From contig CAWAUV010000009.1 of the NCBI GenBank assembly GCA_963785305.1, forward strand, positions 64,001 through 128,000: 64,000 nucleotides of DNA. The letters are read 5' to 3'. This DNA is from an uncultured Planctomycetaceae bacterium. Its GTDB lineage: Bacteria > Planctomycetota > Planctomycetia > Pirellulales > PALSA-1355. Every line of letters starts with the position of its first letter. Positions within the stretch are counted from its first letter, which is position 1. Shown here piece after piece: positions 20,902-30,812 of the stretch. A model generated the notes under the pieces. It was not told where the DNA came from. It made no database searches and worked only from the letters and a program-made list of their open reading frames with translations. The position numbers and the translations under genes were made by a program.

Positions 20902-22704
20902 TCAGTTCGCCACCGGATGGGCCGGGACCGGGCGGCCAGGCTTTTCAGCGGGCGGGGCTTGGGTTTGCGGATAAAAATCCGCGTCGACCTCCGGCGAGTT
21001 GTATTCGTAGGGACCGCGATACACGACCGGCTGAAAATCGAAATTGCCATGTCCCGGCGGACTGGGAGCGGTCCATTCGAGCCCGTTGCCATGCCAGGGA
21101 TTTCGCCCGGCGCGGGGGCCGAAGAACAAGCTGTGGAAGAAGTTGATAATGAACGGAATCTGGGCCAGGAACATGCCCACGGCGCTCCAGGTGATAAAGA
21201 TATTCAGCCCCTCGACATGATGAAACGAGGCGAATTCATTCACGTCGGCATAGCGCCGGGGCACTCCCAGGGCGCCCAAAAGATGCATCGGCAAGAAGGT
21301 GCAATTGAGAAACACAAACGTGAAAAAGAAATGGACCTTGCCCCAAAATTCGTTCATCGTGCGGCCGAACATCTTGGGAAACCAAAAATAGATCGCGCCA
21401 AAGACTCCCATCGCCGTGCTGGCGAAGAGCACATAGTGCAGATGGGCCACGATGAAATAGGTGTCGGTGATATACACGTCGACCAGCGGGGCCGCCATGA
21501 AAATGCCCGACAACCCGCCGATGATGAACATCGACACGAAGCTGAGGGCAAACAGCATCGGCGTGGTGAACTGGAGCTTGCCACCCCAGATCGTGCCGAG
21601 CCAGTTGAACACTTTGATGGCGCTGGGGAGCGCGATCATGATCGTCGACACCATGAAGGTCGTGCCCAGGGCCGGGTTCATGCCCGAAACGAACATGTGA
21701 TGGCCCCACACAATGAATCCCAGCCCGGCGATCGCCGAGATCGAATAGATCATCGGTCGATAGCCGAAGAGCGGTTTGCGGGCGAAGCAACTGATCATGT
21801 CGCTCACCATGCCCATCGCCGGGAGAATCATGATGTACACGGCCGGGTGGCTATAGAACCAAAACAAGTGTTGCCACGCCAAGGGATGGCCGCCGCCGGC
21901 CGCTGGCAGGGCGTTGTTGGCGGTCCAGCCGGCCGGCTGAAAAAAGCCGGTTCCCACGAGCCGGTCGAGAAGTTGCATCACCGCGGCCGCCGTGAGCACC
22001 GGCAGGGCGAAGGCTTGCAGAATGGCGGTGATGAACATGCCCCAGATCGTCATCGGCAGGCGAAACATGGTCATGCCGGGCGCCCGCATTTGAATAATGG
22101 TGGTCATGTAGTTGATCGACCCCATCATCGATGAAATGCCGACGAAGGTGATGGTAAGCAGCCAGAGAGTTTGGCCCAGGGTGTCGGTCTCGGCGAGCGT
22201 GGGGTAGGCGGTCCAGCCCGACTTCGCGGGCCCGCCGGCGACGAAAAAGCTGGCGCCCAGACACGCAAAGGCCGGCCACATGAACCAGTAGCTCAGCATA
22301 TTGAGCGTGGGAAAAGCCATGTCCTCGGCGCCGATCATGAGCGGAATCAAGAAGTTGCCGAAAGCGCCGGCCAGGATCGGAATGATCACGAAAAAGATCA
22401 TCACCGAGGCATGCATCGTGAATAGCACGGTGTAAAACTCGGGCGAGATTTGTCCCCCTTCGCCGCCGAAAAGCGCCTTGCCGATCACCGGCATGTCGGC
22501 CCAGGGATAGGCGACCTGAAACCGAATTGCCAGGGCCAGCAATCCGCCGATGAGAAACCAGATCAGGGTCGAAAAGAAAAACTGCATGCCGATCACTTTG
22601 TGATCGCGCGAAAAAATATAGCGACTGACGAAGCTCTGGGCATGCGCCGCGGCATGCTGGGCATGCTCCGGGGCATGCGCGGCCGGGACACTGATCGTGC
22701 TCAT
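20902..22704 (-). CDS. Cytochrome c oxidase subunit I, A2 type
   Basis: DHKVIG, FTMHAS, WFYSHPAVY (YS motif of the A2 family), WGHHMF, VAHLHYV, GVPRRY. Confidence 0.95.
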   Translation of the reverse strand: MSTISVPAAHAPEHAQHAAAHAQSFVSRYIFSRDHKVIGMQFFFSTLIWFLIGGLLALAIRFQVAYPWADMPVIGKALFGGEGGQISPEFYTVLFTMHASVMIFFVIIPILAGAFGNFLIPLMIGAEDMAFPTLNMLSYWFMWPAFACLGASFFVAGGPAKSGWTAYPTLAETDTLGQTLWLLTITFVGISSMMGSINYMTTIIQMRAPGMTMFRLPMTIWGMFITAILQAFALPVLTAAAVMQLLDRLVGTGFFQPAGWTANNALPAAGGGHPLAWQHLFWFYSHPAVYIMILPAMGMVSDMISCFARKPLFGYRPMIYSISAIAGLGFIVWGHHMFVSGMNPALGTTFMVSTIMIALPSAIKVFNWLGTIWGGKLQFTTPMLFALSFVSMFIIGGLSGIFMAAPLVDVYITDTYFIVAHLHYVLFASTAMGVFGAIYFWFPKMFGRTMNEFWGKVHFFFTFVFLNCTFLPMHLLGALGVPRRYADVNEFASFHHVEGLNIFITWSAVGMFLAQIPFIINFFHSLFFGPRAGRNPWHGNGLEWTAPSPPGHGNFDFQPVVYRGPYEYNSPEVDADFYPQTQAPPAEKPGRPVPAHPVAN

Positions 22705-23489
22705 GGATTGCCTCCCACTTCACCGGCCGGCGGAGCGGAATCGCGCACGGCCTCTTGTTCGGCGTATTTGCGCTCGAGCCAGCGATCGAAATCGGCTCGC
22801 GGCTCGATCGTCAACCGGCCCTTCATTTTGTAATGTCCCCAACCGCAAAGCTCGGCGCAGATCAGATCGTATTCTCCCGGCTGGGTCGGCTCGAACCACA
22901 CCGGAATCGTCATGCCCGGCACCGCGTCTTGCTTGACGCGGAGGTTCGGCAGAAAAAAGCTGTGCAGCACATCCATGCTCTTCAGCTCCACGAGCGCTTC
23001 CTCCTGGGCCGGCAGATGCAGATCGTTTACGAGAAACAGATCGTCTTGCGTGCCCAACTTGCCGTCGCGGCCCGGATAACGGAGACGCCACTCGAACTGC
23101 CGCGCCGAGACTTCGACCGTGGGCGCGATGTTCGGCTGGTCCATCTTGGCGGCCGCCCAGGCGCTCATTTGATAAAACGCCATGAACAGCAGCACGCCGG
23201 CCGGAATGATCGTCCAAATGACCTCGAGCGCGTGGCTGCCGTGGATAAATCGCGCCTCGCCGCCGGCCGAGCGCTGCTCATAACGCCACATGAACCAGAA
23301 GAGCGCCCCTTCCGTGCCGACGAACACCGCGCCCGTGATCCACAGGATCATGTAGAACAAGTGATCGACCGCCGCGCCGCGGGCGGAAACATCGCGCGGG
23401 AGCCAAACATCGTGCATCGGCCCGGCGATGAACATCGCCACCGTCAGGATCGGCACCAGCGCGAATAAGAGACTCCAGAATCGGGCCAC
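22701..23489 (-). CDS. Cytochrome c oxidase subunit II (CuA)
   Basis: LEVIWTIIP, DVLHSF, CAELCGWGHYKM; GTG start at 23489. Confidence 0.92.
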   Translation of the reverse strand: MARFWSLLFALVPILTVAMFIAGPMHDVWLPRDVSARGAAVDHLFYMILWITGAVFVGTEGALFWFMWRYEQRSAGGEARFIHGSHALEVIWTIIPAGVLLFMAFYQMSAWAAAKMDQPNIAPTVEVSARQFEWRLRYPGRDGKLGTQDDLFLVNDLHLPAQEEALVELKSMDVLHSFFLPNLRVKQDAVPGMTIPVWFEPTQPGEYDLICAELCGWGHYKMKGRLTIEPRADFDRWLERKYAEQEAVRDSAPPAGEVGGNP

Positions 23490-23631
23490 GGGCGTCGTTC
23501 TCTCGGAATTTGGCTTCTCGAAACCAGCTCGATCGGTCGCGAACGGGAAATATCGCGGGGGAGCAAAATGTACTGGAGTTCGCCGCGCGGGCAAGGCGAC
23601 TCGCTCCAAGCCGACTCGCGGCGGCCCAGCG

Positions 23632-24879
23632 CTACAACGGTGATTTCGCGTCGCTCTCTTTCGGCATCGAACCGGGCGAATCGTAGGGCAATGTTTGCAA
23701 GTAACGCACCACATGCCACACTTCGTCGGGCGCCAAGCCCGGCGCTCCCGGCGCCACTTGGCCCGAGGCCGGCATCTGCGCCCCGTCGATTCCCGTTTGC
23801 ACTCGGCGATAAAGATCGACGGGCCGGCGCCCAAAGCGATAATAGGGGCGTCGCAGATTTCGCGGACGGATGTGGATCGGCGGCAGGGTGTCTTCCTCGA
23901 GCACATGGGCCATGAGGCCGAGTTGCTCGAGTTTCTTGGCTCGGTCGGCTGGACTGATCTCTTGATCGCTGGCCAGGGCGGCGAACCCGGCGCGGTTGGC
24001 CGCGAGCGTCTCGGCGACTTTCTTGTTCCAAAAATCGTAATCCGTCACTTGGCCATCGCCCAGGGCGCTGGCGCCGTGGCACTGGGAGCAGAGCGCTTTC
24101 TTGCGATCGAGAAAAATCTCGCGGCCCAAGGCCGCCGATTGGCTTTCGCTCACTCCGGCGGGCGGCTCGGGCGGATGCACCACCTTGCTCTCCGCTTCAC
24201 GCCATGATTTCACGACCACGGCCAGCGGGCCTTCGACAAGTGTTTCGCCGTCGAGCGAAAGCGACTCGCCAACGCCCAGGTCGGCGGCGGCTTCGATCAG
24301 TTGCAGCTCCACCTGGCCGCGAATGCTTAGGTATTTCACATATTCGACCAGCGCGTTGATCTCGCTGGGCAGCAGCAGATCGAACGACGGCATCGCGGTG
24401 TCCATGATGCCGTCGCGCAGCACGCGCTCGAGATCGGCCTGGGTCGGCTTGGCGTCGTGGGTCGTGGATTTGTATTTATAAACCCCTGGGCGATAATCGC
24501 GCGGGTAGGGATTCAAAATCGCCGCGGTTGGGCCCAGCCCATCGCCGGTGACCCCGTGGCAATGCACGCAGTGCCGGCGATAGAGGCCTCGCTGATTGCC
24601 CTGTTCATCACTGCCGACCGGCCCGGCCGCTTGCCGAATCTTGGCCAGATCGAGCCCCGAGTCGGGCAAGACGAAGGGATCGTCGGGCGAGCCGAACATG
24701 GCGGCCAGGGCCAAGGCGATTTCGCGCTGCTGCGCCGGCGGCGTCTCGCTCTTGAGCATCTCGAGCCGATTGGGGCGAAACCGCGGCGGATCGGTCTTCG
24801 CGCAGCCGACGACCGAGATCGCGAGGGCGACGACGATCCAAAAGCGATTCAGGCGGCGGCTCGACATCTCGGGTAACAT
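23632..24879 (-). CDS. Di-heme c-type cytochrome lipoprotein
   Basis: Lipobox VVGC; CVHCH and CSQCH heme motifs, each followed by PR(D/N) and (A/Q)MP. Confidence 0.88.
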   Translation of the reverse strand: MLPEMSSRRLNRFWIVVALAISVVGCAKTDPPRFRPNRLEMLKSETPPAQQREIALALAAMFGSPDDPFVLPDSGLDLAKIRQAAGPVGSDEQGNQRGLYRRHCVHCHGVTGDGLGPTAAILNPYPRDYRPGVYKYKSTTHDAKPTQADLERVLRDGIMDTAMPSFDLLLPSEINALVEYVKYLSIRGQVELQLIEAAADLGVGESLSLDGETLVEGPLAVVVKSWREAESKVVHPPEPPAGVSESQSAALGREIFLDRKKALCSQCHGASALGDGQVTDYDFWNKKVAETLAANRAGFAALASDQEISPADRAKKLEQLGLMAHVLEEDTLPPIHIRPRNLRRPYYRFGRRPVDLYRRVQTGIDGAQMPASGQVAPGAPGLAPDEVWHVVRYLQTLPYDSPGSMPKESDAKSPL

Positions 24880-24996
24880 GCTCCTCGCAGGCTGTTGAAA
24901 AACTTTTTCGCGACATCGCTCCGCCGCGACGCGTCTGGCCGTTGTCGGGCTGGCCGTTGTCGGGCTGGCCGATGGGCCACTGGATCGGGCAAGTTC

Positions 24997-25164
24997 CTAT
25001 TTCGCGGTTTCGTTCGGCGCGGAGTCTGTCGGCTTCACGGTTTCGGGCGCTTCCTCGCCGAGGAGCTTCGCCCTTAGAGCGGCGACTTCCTTGGCGTCGG
25101 GAGGGGGCGGGAGCGACGAGCGTTGATTGCAGCCCGCCAACGTCGCCAGGAGCGCGATCGCCAT
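24997..25164 (-). CDS. Small putative lipoprotein
   Basis: MAIALLATLAGCNQR lipobox; start uncertain. Confidence 0.45.
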   Translation of the reverse strand: MAIALLATLAGCNQRSSLPPPPDAKEVAALRAKLLGEEAPETVKPTDSAPNETAK

Positions 25165-25306
25165 TAGCGCGCTCCCGCGCAACCCGCGAATGCGCGCCTG
25201 CCTTTCCAAGAACCGGTCTGCTTGTCGCGGCATTAACAGTTGCTTTCGCGGCATTAACACGGATCGTCTCGAATTCGTCGCTGGACCGCTTGCAACCGCG
25301 GAGGTA

Positions 25307-26086
25307 TTACGTGAGAACACGCGCGGGAATTTTGATATCGCCCAAGTCGGTGATTCCCGGCTTGAGAGTGAAGTCCGCTCGACCTTTGGCGTCGGTGGCG
25401 AAACCATCGGCGCCATTGATGTTCTTCAGGTTGCCGGCCTTCTCTTGCCAAAACTGAAATATGATCGGTTTTCCGGCCGGCAAGTCCTCGATTTCAAATG
25501 TTCCATCGGCCTTGCTCACGGCGAAATAGGGATTCGCGCGGATCAAAATAATGCCTTGCATCCACGGATGAATGTTGCAGGCGATCTTGCACGGTATCGA
25601 CTCCTCGGTAGTGACACCGGTCTTTTTCAGCACGGCGCCAGGCGCCACCACGTCGTTGAACGACTCGTTCTTCAACAGCGTGGCATTGACATTGTGACCC
25701 AAGGGGTCCGAATTCTTGAGCACCAGCGGCTGCGAGGTCCGCTTTACCAGCACATGAGGTTCGAAACGACAATTCATATTGTCGAGCACCACTTCAGCGT
25801 TGGCGGTCTGATCGTATTTCGGATTCACATCGATCGACTTTTCTCGCACGAATATCACGACGTTCGCCAATTCGCCGTTGGCGCCGATGACGACGCTTTC
25901 GTCCCTCGGCGCTCCACATGCCGCGGGCACGGCCACGACAATCGGCGGAGCGGCGGCCGGCAGTTTGCCATCGACGATAAATCGCCCCTTGAGCGTGCCC
26001 CAGTCCGCCGCCAGCGTGGTTATTGGAAATTGCGCGAAGCTGACCGCGAGCGTGAATATCAACGCCAAGCAAAAGCGCGTCGCCAT
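25307..26086 (-). CDS. Exported cupredoxin-like/carboxypeptidase-regulatory-like protein, copy 1
   Basis: Signal peptide; CRFEPHV, NSDPLGHN, CNIHPWM, PYFAVSKADGTFEIEDLPAG. Confidence 0.75.
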   Translation of the reverse strand: MATRFCLALIFTLAVSFAQFPITTLAADWGTLKGRFIVDGKLPAAAPPIVVAVPAACGAPRDESVVIGANGELANVVIFVREKSIDVNPKYDQTANAEVVLDNMNCRFEPHVLVKRTSQPLVLKNSDPLGHNVNATLLKNESFNDVVAPGAVLKKTGVTTEESIPCKIACNIHPWMQGIILIRANPYFAVSKADGTFEIEDLPAGKPIIFQFWQEKAGNLKNINGADGFATDAKGRADFTLKPGITDLGDIKIPARVLT

Positions 26087-26140
26087 TCGCGTTGATCCCA
26101 GGATCGCCAAATAGATCATTATGCTTCGCCCCGGCGGTCT

Positions 26141-26935
26141 TTACTTCGCGAAAGCGCTGGCGGGGATCTTGATATCGCCCAGATCGGTGACACCCGGCTT
26201 GAGCGTGAGCTTCACGCGGCCTTTGGCGTCGGTGGCGAACCCATCGGCGCCGGTAATGCTCTTCAAGTTGCCGGCCTTCTCTTGCCAAAATTGAAATTCG
26301 ATCGGTTTCCCGGCCGGCAGGTCCTTGATTTCGAATGTGCCATCGGCCTTGCTCACCGCGAAATAAGGATTCGCGCGAATCAGAATAATGCCTTGCATCC
26401 AGGGGTGGATGTTGCAGGCCACTTTGAGCGGCGTAAGCTCTTCGCTCGACAGGCCCGACTTCGTCATTTCCGCGTTCGGCGGCAGCATGTCGTTGAACGA
26501 AGTATTTTTGAGCAGTGTCACGTTGGTGTTGTGGCCCACCGGGTCCGAGTTCTTGAGCACCAGGGTTTGCGTGGTCCGCATCACGAGCACATGGGGCTCG
26601 AAGCGGCAATCCTTGTTGTCGAGCACCACGTCACTCTTGGCGGTCTTCGCGTATTCGGGATTCACATCGATCGATTTGTCGCGCACATAGATCACGGCGT
26701 TGGCCAGATCGCCCTTGGCGTCGACCACGAGGTCCTCATTGACCAAATTGTGCTTGCCACACACTTCAGCATTTTGGCTGATTTTCAGCGCGACCGGGGC
26801 GGGGGTGGCGCCCTCGACGATCAGCCGACCCTTGAGCGTGCCCCATTCCTCGGCGCGGGCCATGGTCGCATGATTCAAGGCCGCTCCAGCAAGCAGCGCC
26901 AATGCGCCCAACGAAATTCGATTTCCACGGATCAT
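26141..26935 (-). CDS. Exported cupredoxin-like/carboxypeptidase-regulatory-like protein, copy 2 (tandem paralog)
   Basis: Same motifs; C-terminal half nearly identical to copy 1. Confidence 0.75.
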   Translation of the reverse strand: MIRGNRISLGALALLAGAALNHATMARAEEWGTLKGRLIVEGATPAPVALKISQNAEVCGKHNLVNEDLVVDAKGDLANAVIYVRDKSIDVNPEYAKTAKSDVVLDNKDCRFEPHVLVMRTTQTLVLKNSDPVGHNTNVTLLKNTSFNDMLPPNAEMTKSGLSSEELTPLKVACNIHPWMQGIILIRANPYFAVSKADGTFEIKDLPAGKPIEFQFWQEKAGNLKSITGADGFATDAKGRVKLTLKPGVTDLGDIKIPASAFAK

Positions 26936-27222
26936 GAGGGGGCCTCTCTGGAAAGTAATCGGTCGGGGGATTTTCTATTGTCGTGTCGAATGCCCGGTCC
27001 GAACAAGCGCCGAACGAAAAAATCGAAATACGACCCGGTTCAGGTTTCCACGTCCTCAGCGCCTCGCTCGCGAATCACGCGGCGGTTAACAGCCGGAGGC
27101 GTCACGCCGCACCGCATCGCCGGAAAACCCATTGGATCCGCGCGGCTCGGCGCAAAACACGCCGCGCCATTTCGCGGGCGGTTTGCCGGGCGCCGAGAGG
27201 GCTAAGTTGCTTTTAATCCGCG

Positions 27223-27489
27223 TCACTTCGATTCCGCCGGAGCGGTTTCGGGCGACGGCGCGGCTTCCGACGGCGGGGTGGCTTCAGGCGATGCTTTCGA
27301 TTCGGCGGGCGCTTTGGTTTCGGTGGGCGAATCGGCGGGTGGGGCGGGACTTGCGTCCGATCCCATGTCGATCTTCACGGGCGGGTTATCGGCGTCGGAA
27401 TTCTTTTTGTCTCCGCCGCCGCATCCCACGAAGTTAACTAGAACCCACGCCGCCAGCAAGCCGCGAACCGCGATTTTCGCGAATTCCAT
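27223..27489 (-). CDS. Small Pro/Ala/Glu-rich lipoprotein
   Basis: FVGC lipobox; GAGGA RBS; low-complexity tail. Confidence 0.6.
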   Translation of the reverse strand: MEFAKIAVRGLLAAWVLVNFVGCGGGDKKNSDADNPPVKIDMGSDASPAPPADSPTETKAPAESKASPEATPPSEAAPSPETAPAESK

Positions 27490-27790
27490 GATCTTCCTCT
27501 ACATGGTGTTGAACGTAGCCGTTGAACTTACCGAGCCTCGGCCTCCGTTGCAAGAAGCCGCGAGCGATTCGAGTCCTGGAATCCGCCGCCGGCGCCGCGC
27601 CTGCGGTTGGAATGCGCCGCCGATGCCAGTAGAATCGAAGAGGGCGGCGTTTCCAGCGGGGCGGCTCGCGAGACGTGCGCTCCCCGACACGCTGATTTGG
27701 CAAATGGCGGTCGCGATACGCCCGGGGAAGCGCCACGAAAAGGTGTCGAAAACGCGTTGTTCCATGGACTTGCTTGCGGAGCGTCGTCCG

Positions 27791-28903
27791 ATGCATCTAT
27801 TGTCAGATTCGCCTCGAAGAGCTTGGCGGCGTGTCGCTGTCGGCGGCGCCGCTCCATCGGCTCGGCGCCCGAGGCTGGCGCGGCCGTGGGCTGCCGGCAA
27901 CCGCGGTTTCACGCTCGTTGAGCTGCTGGTCGTGATTACGATCATCGGCATCTTGGTCGCGCTGCTCCTGCCCGCGGTGCAAATGGCCCGGGAATCAGGC
28001 CGCCAAGCCCAGTGCTCGAACACGCTCAAGCAGCTTGCCCTCGCTTGCTTGCAACATGAGCAGTCCCACGGTTTCTTTCCGACCGGGGGCTGGGGTTGGG
28101 CCTACAACGGCGATCCGGACCGCGGCGCCGACATCTCGCAGTGCGGCGGTTGGCTTTACAATATTCTGCCCTTCATGGATCAGCAGGCTTATCACGACCT
28201 GGGCGCGGGACAAACCGCAGCCCAAAAAATGACGACATTTCAGACCCGCGTGCAAACCCCGCTCTCGGGCATCAATTGCCCGACACGGCGGCCCGCCGGC
28301 TTATATCCATTCACGAGCGATCCGCCCGCGAATTACACGACGCCTACCTCGGCCGGCGTCATCAAAACCGACTACGGCGGAAACAATGGCACGACCAACT
28401 GCTTGCCCGGCGCTTTGGGCATTTGGCCAAGCGCATTTACAAACGGCGATGGCGGCCCCCAGCCAACCGCCATGCCCACGGCCGGCACGCTTTCGCAAAC
28501 CGCCGCCACGCTTGCCGCTGGCTCGAGCGCGCCCAATGGCATCATCTACCCGCTGAGCCGCGTGGCCGCCGCGATGGTTAAAGATGGCATGAGCAACACG
28601 TACTTGGTGGGCGAAAAATATCTCGAGCCCCAAGAGTATCTAACCGGCACGGACTCGGGCGACAACGAAGACGCGCTGATCGGCGACAATTCGGATGTGA
28701 GCCGCGGCGTGTATTCGCCGCCCTTGCCCGACACTCCGGGTTATATTGCCTATGTGATTTTCGGCAGCGCGCATCTCAACACGTTTCAGGCCGCCATGTG
28801 CGACGGGTCGGTGCATCCGATCTCCTACTCGATCAGTCCCTCGATCCACACCTTGCTGGGAAATCGCCAGGACGGACAGCCGATCAATTGGAGTACTTTT
28901 TAA
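27791..28903 (+). CDS. DUF1559 prepilin-type protein (N-methylation site, H-X9-DG motif)
   Basis: [68 protein letters not shown]; start uncertain. Confidence 0.9.
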   Translation: MHLLSDSPRRAWRRVAVGGAAPSARRPRLARPWAAGNRGFTLVELLVVITIIGILVALLLPAVQMARESGRQAQCSNTLKQLALACLQHEQSHGFFPTGGWGWAYNGDPDRGADISQCGGWLYNILPFMDQQAYHDLGAGQTAAQKMTTFQTRVQTPLSGINCPTRRPAGLYPFTSDPPANYTTPTSAGVIKTDYGGNNGTTNCLPGALGIWPSAFTNGDGGPQPTAMPTAGTLSQTAATLAAGSSAPNGIIYPLSRVAAAMVKDGMSNTYLVGEKYLEPQEYLTGTDSGDNEDALIGDNSDVSRGVYSPPLPDTPGYIAYVIFGSAHLNTFQAAMCDGSVHPISYSISPSIHTLLGNRQDGQPINWSTF

Positions 28904-29038
28904 CGCGATCGCCGCCAGCGTCGACTGCGCGTCGGTATCGCCGCGGCGCGGGGCTTTGTCGCAACAGCCCACCGGACGGATCGAAAAGTCCACAACAGCC
29001 TTTTGAAATATTCATCAGGCTTTTAAGAGGTTCAGCGG

Positions 29039-30319
29039 ATGAATGTGTTGATCGTTGGCGAAGGCGGACGCGAACACGCGCTCGCCTGGAAAATCGCTCA
29101 AAGCCCTCGCGCCAGCCGAGTGTTCGTCGCCCCCGGCAACGCCGGCACGGCCGAAGACGCCGAGAATGTCGATATCGCGTCGACCGACACCGCCCGGCTC
29201 ATCAAGTTCGCCCAGCAAAACGCGGTGTCGCTCGTCGTCGTCGGGCCCGAGCAACCGCTGGTGCGCGGGCTGGTCGACGCCTGCCAAGACGCCAAGCTTC
29301 GCGTGTTTGGCCCCAGCAAGGCCGCAGCCGAGCTCGAAGGCAGCAAGATATTTTGCAAGAACTTGCTTCGCCACGCCGATGTGCCCACGGCCGATTACCA
29401 TGTGTTTCGCAATCCCGACCACGCGCTCACCTTTCTCAACGATCGGGAGGATGTGCCGGTGGTGGTCAAGGCCGATGGGCTCGCCTCGGGCAAGGGCGTG
29501 TTTGTGTGCGCCGGCCGGGCCGAAGCGCTCGAGGCCGTCAAACGCATCGGCCGCAATCGCGAGTTTGGCGACGCCGGCAATCAGCTCATCATCGAAGAGC
29601 GGCTCGATGGGCAAGAGGCCAGCGTGCTCGCGATCACCGATGGCCGCACGATCGTCACCCTGCCGCCGGCCCAAGACCACAAACGCGCCTACGACGGCGA
29701 CACCGGCCCGAACACCGGCGGCATGGGCGCGTACAGCCCGGCCCCGATCGTGACCGAAGACATGCTCCACAAGATCGAGGAGCATATTCTGGTGCCGACC
29801 GTGCATGCGATGAAACGTGCCCGACGGCCGTTCAAGGGCGTGCTCTATGCGGGCCTCATGCTCACGCATCAGGGGCCGAAGACGCTTGAATATAACGTGC
29901 GTTTCGGCGATCCCGAGTGCCAGCCGATCTTGATGCGGCTCGAAAGCGATCTGCTCGATCTGCTCGAAGCCACGGTCGACGGCAAGCTCGATGAAATCCC
30001 GCCGCCGCGCTGGAGCCCGCGAGCCAGCATCTGCGTGGTGATGGCCAGCGAGGGCTATCCGGGCGCCTATGAGCGCTTGGTCCCGATTCGCGGGCTCGAC
30101 GACGCCGCCAAGATTCCCGATGTGAAAGTGTTCCACGCCGGCACGGCGCGGGCCAACGGACAGATCGTGACCAACGGCGGCCGCGTGCTAGGCGTGACCG
30201 CCCTGGGCGCATCGATTCCAGCCGCCAAGCTGCAAGCCTACACGGCCGTGAAGTGCATCCGCTGGAAAGGCGGCTGGTGCCGCAAGGACATCTCCGACCG
30301 CGCCTTGGCGTCGATGTAA
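29039..30319 (+). CDS. purD: Phosphoribosylamine-glycine ligase
   Basis: GGREHALAW, APGNAG, KADGLASGKGV, QDHKR, GPNTGGMGAY, EYNVRFGDPE, GGRVL. Confidence 0.97.
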   Translation: MNVLIVGEGGREHALAWKIAQSPRASRVFVAPGNAGTAEDAENVDIASTDTARLIKFAQQNAVSLVVVGPEQPLVRGLVDACQDAKLRVFGPSKAAAELEGSKIFCKNLLRHADVPTADYHVFRNPDHALTFLNDREDVPVVVKADGLASGKGVFVCAGRAEALEAVKRIGRNREFGDAGNQLIIEERLDGQEASVLAITDGRTIVTLPPAQDHKRAYDGDTGPNTGGMGAYSPAPIVTEDMLHKIEEHILVPTVHAMKRARRPFKGVLYAGLMLTHQGPKTLEYNVRFGDPECQPILMRLESDLLDLLEATVDGKLDEIPPPRWSPRASICVVMASEGYPGAYERLVPIRGLDDAAKIPDVKVFHAGTARANGQIVTNGGRVLGVTALGASIPAAKLQAYTAVKCIRWKGGWCRKDISDRALASM

Positions 30320-30339
30320 GTCGCGGTTTAAAGAACGAC

Positions 30340-30487
30340 ACAAGCCTGAAGCGCCACGACGCGGGGCGTTTTCGCTGATTGGAACTTCGAGGAAATGCAC
30401 AAGCTTGAAGCGCAAGCGAAAGAATTCCTTCGCTCGCGCTTCAGGCTTGTATTTTTCAGCATTCCTTCGGTGGCGCTCCGGGCTTGT
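30340..30487. repeat. Cluster of REP-like inverted repeats
   Basis: ACAAGCCTGAAGCGC (30340), ACAAGCTTGAAGCGCAAGCGAAAG..CCTTCGCTCGCGCTTCAGGCTTGT (30399-30450), CCTTCGGTGGCGCTCCGGGCTTGT (30464-30487). Confidence 0.7.
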
Positions 30488-30812
30488 GCCGTTCGATCGC
30501 GCTTTCTCCCATGCTCGCGTGCGCGTGCCATGGACGCGCCGCCTCGTGCTGAAGAAATCCACGCCCAAGCTTATCGCGGGAGTGGGCCAAGAAATTATCG
30601 GCCATTGCTTGCATGCTCGCGACGAGCTAAGGCCAACCTCGCCCGTATTCGAGGGCGAGTGGAAATGCATTTCAACGCGGCGCTGGGGCGAAATCGTCAA
30701 ATGTTCTCCCCCAATCTCACCAAGGAGAAGCGAATAGACTCTTGACGACCCTTCCGCGGGGTGAGTACTCTCGGTTAAACCGCTCGGCAATAAATCGAAA
30801 AAAGGAACGCCA

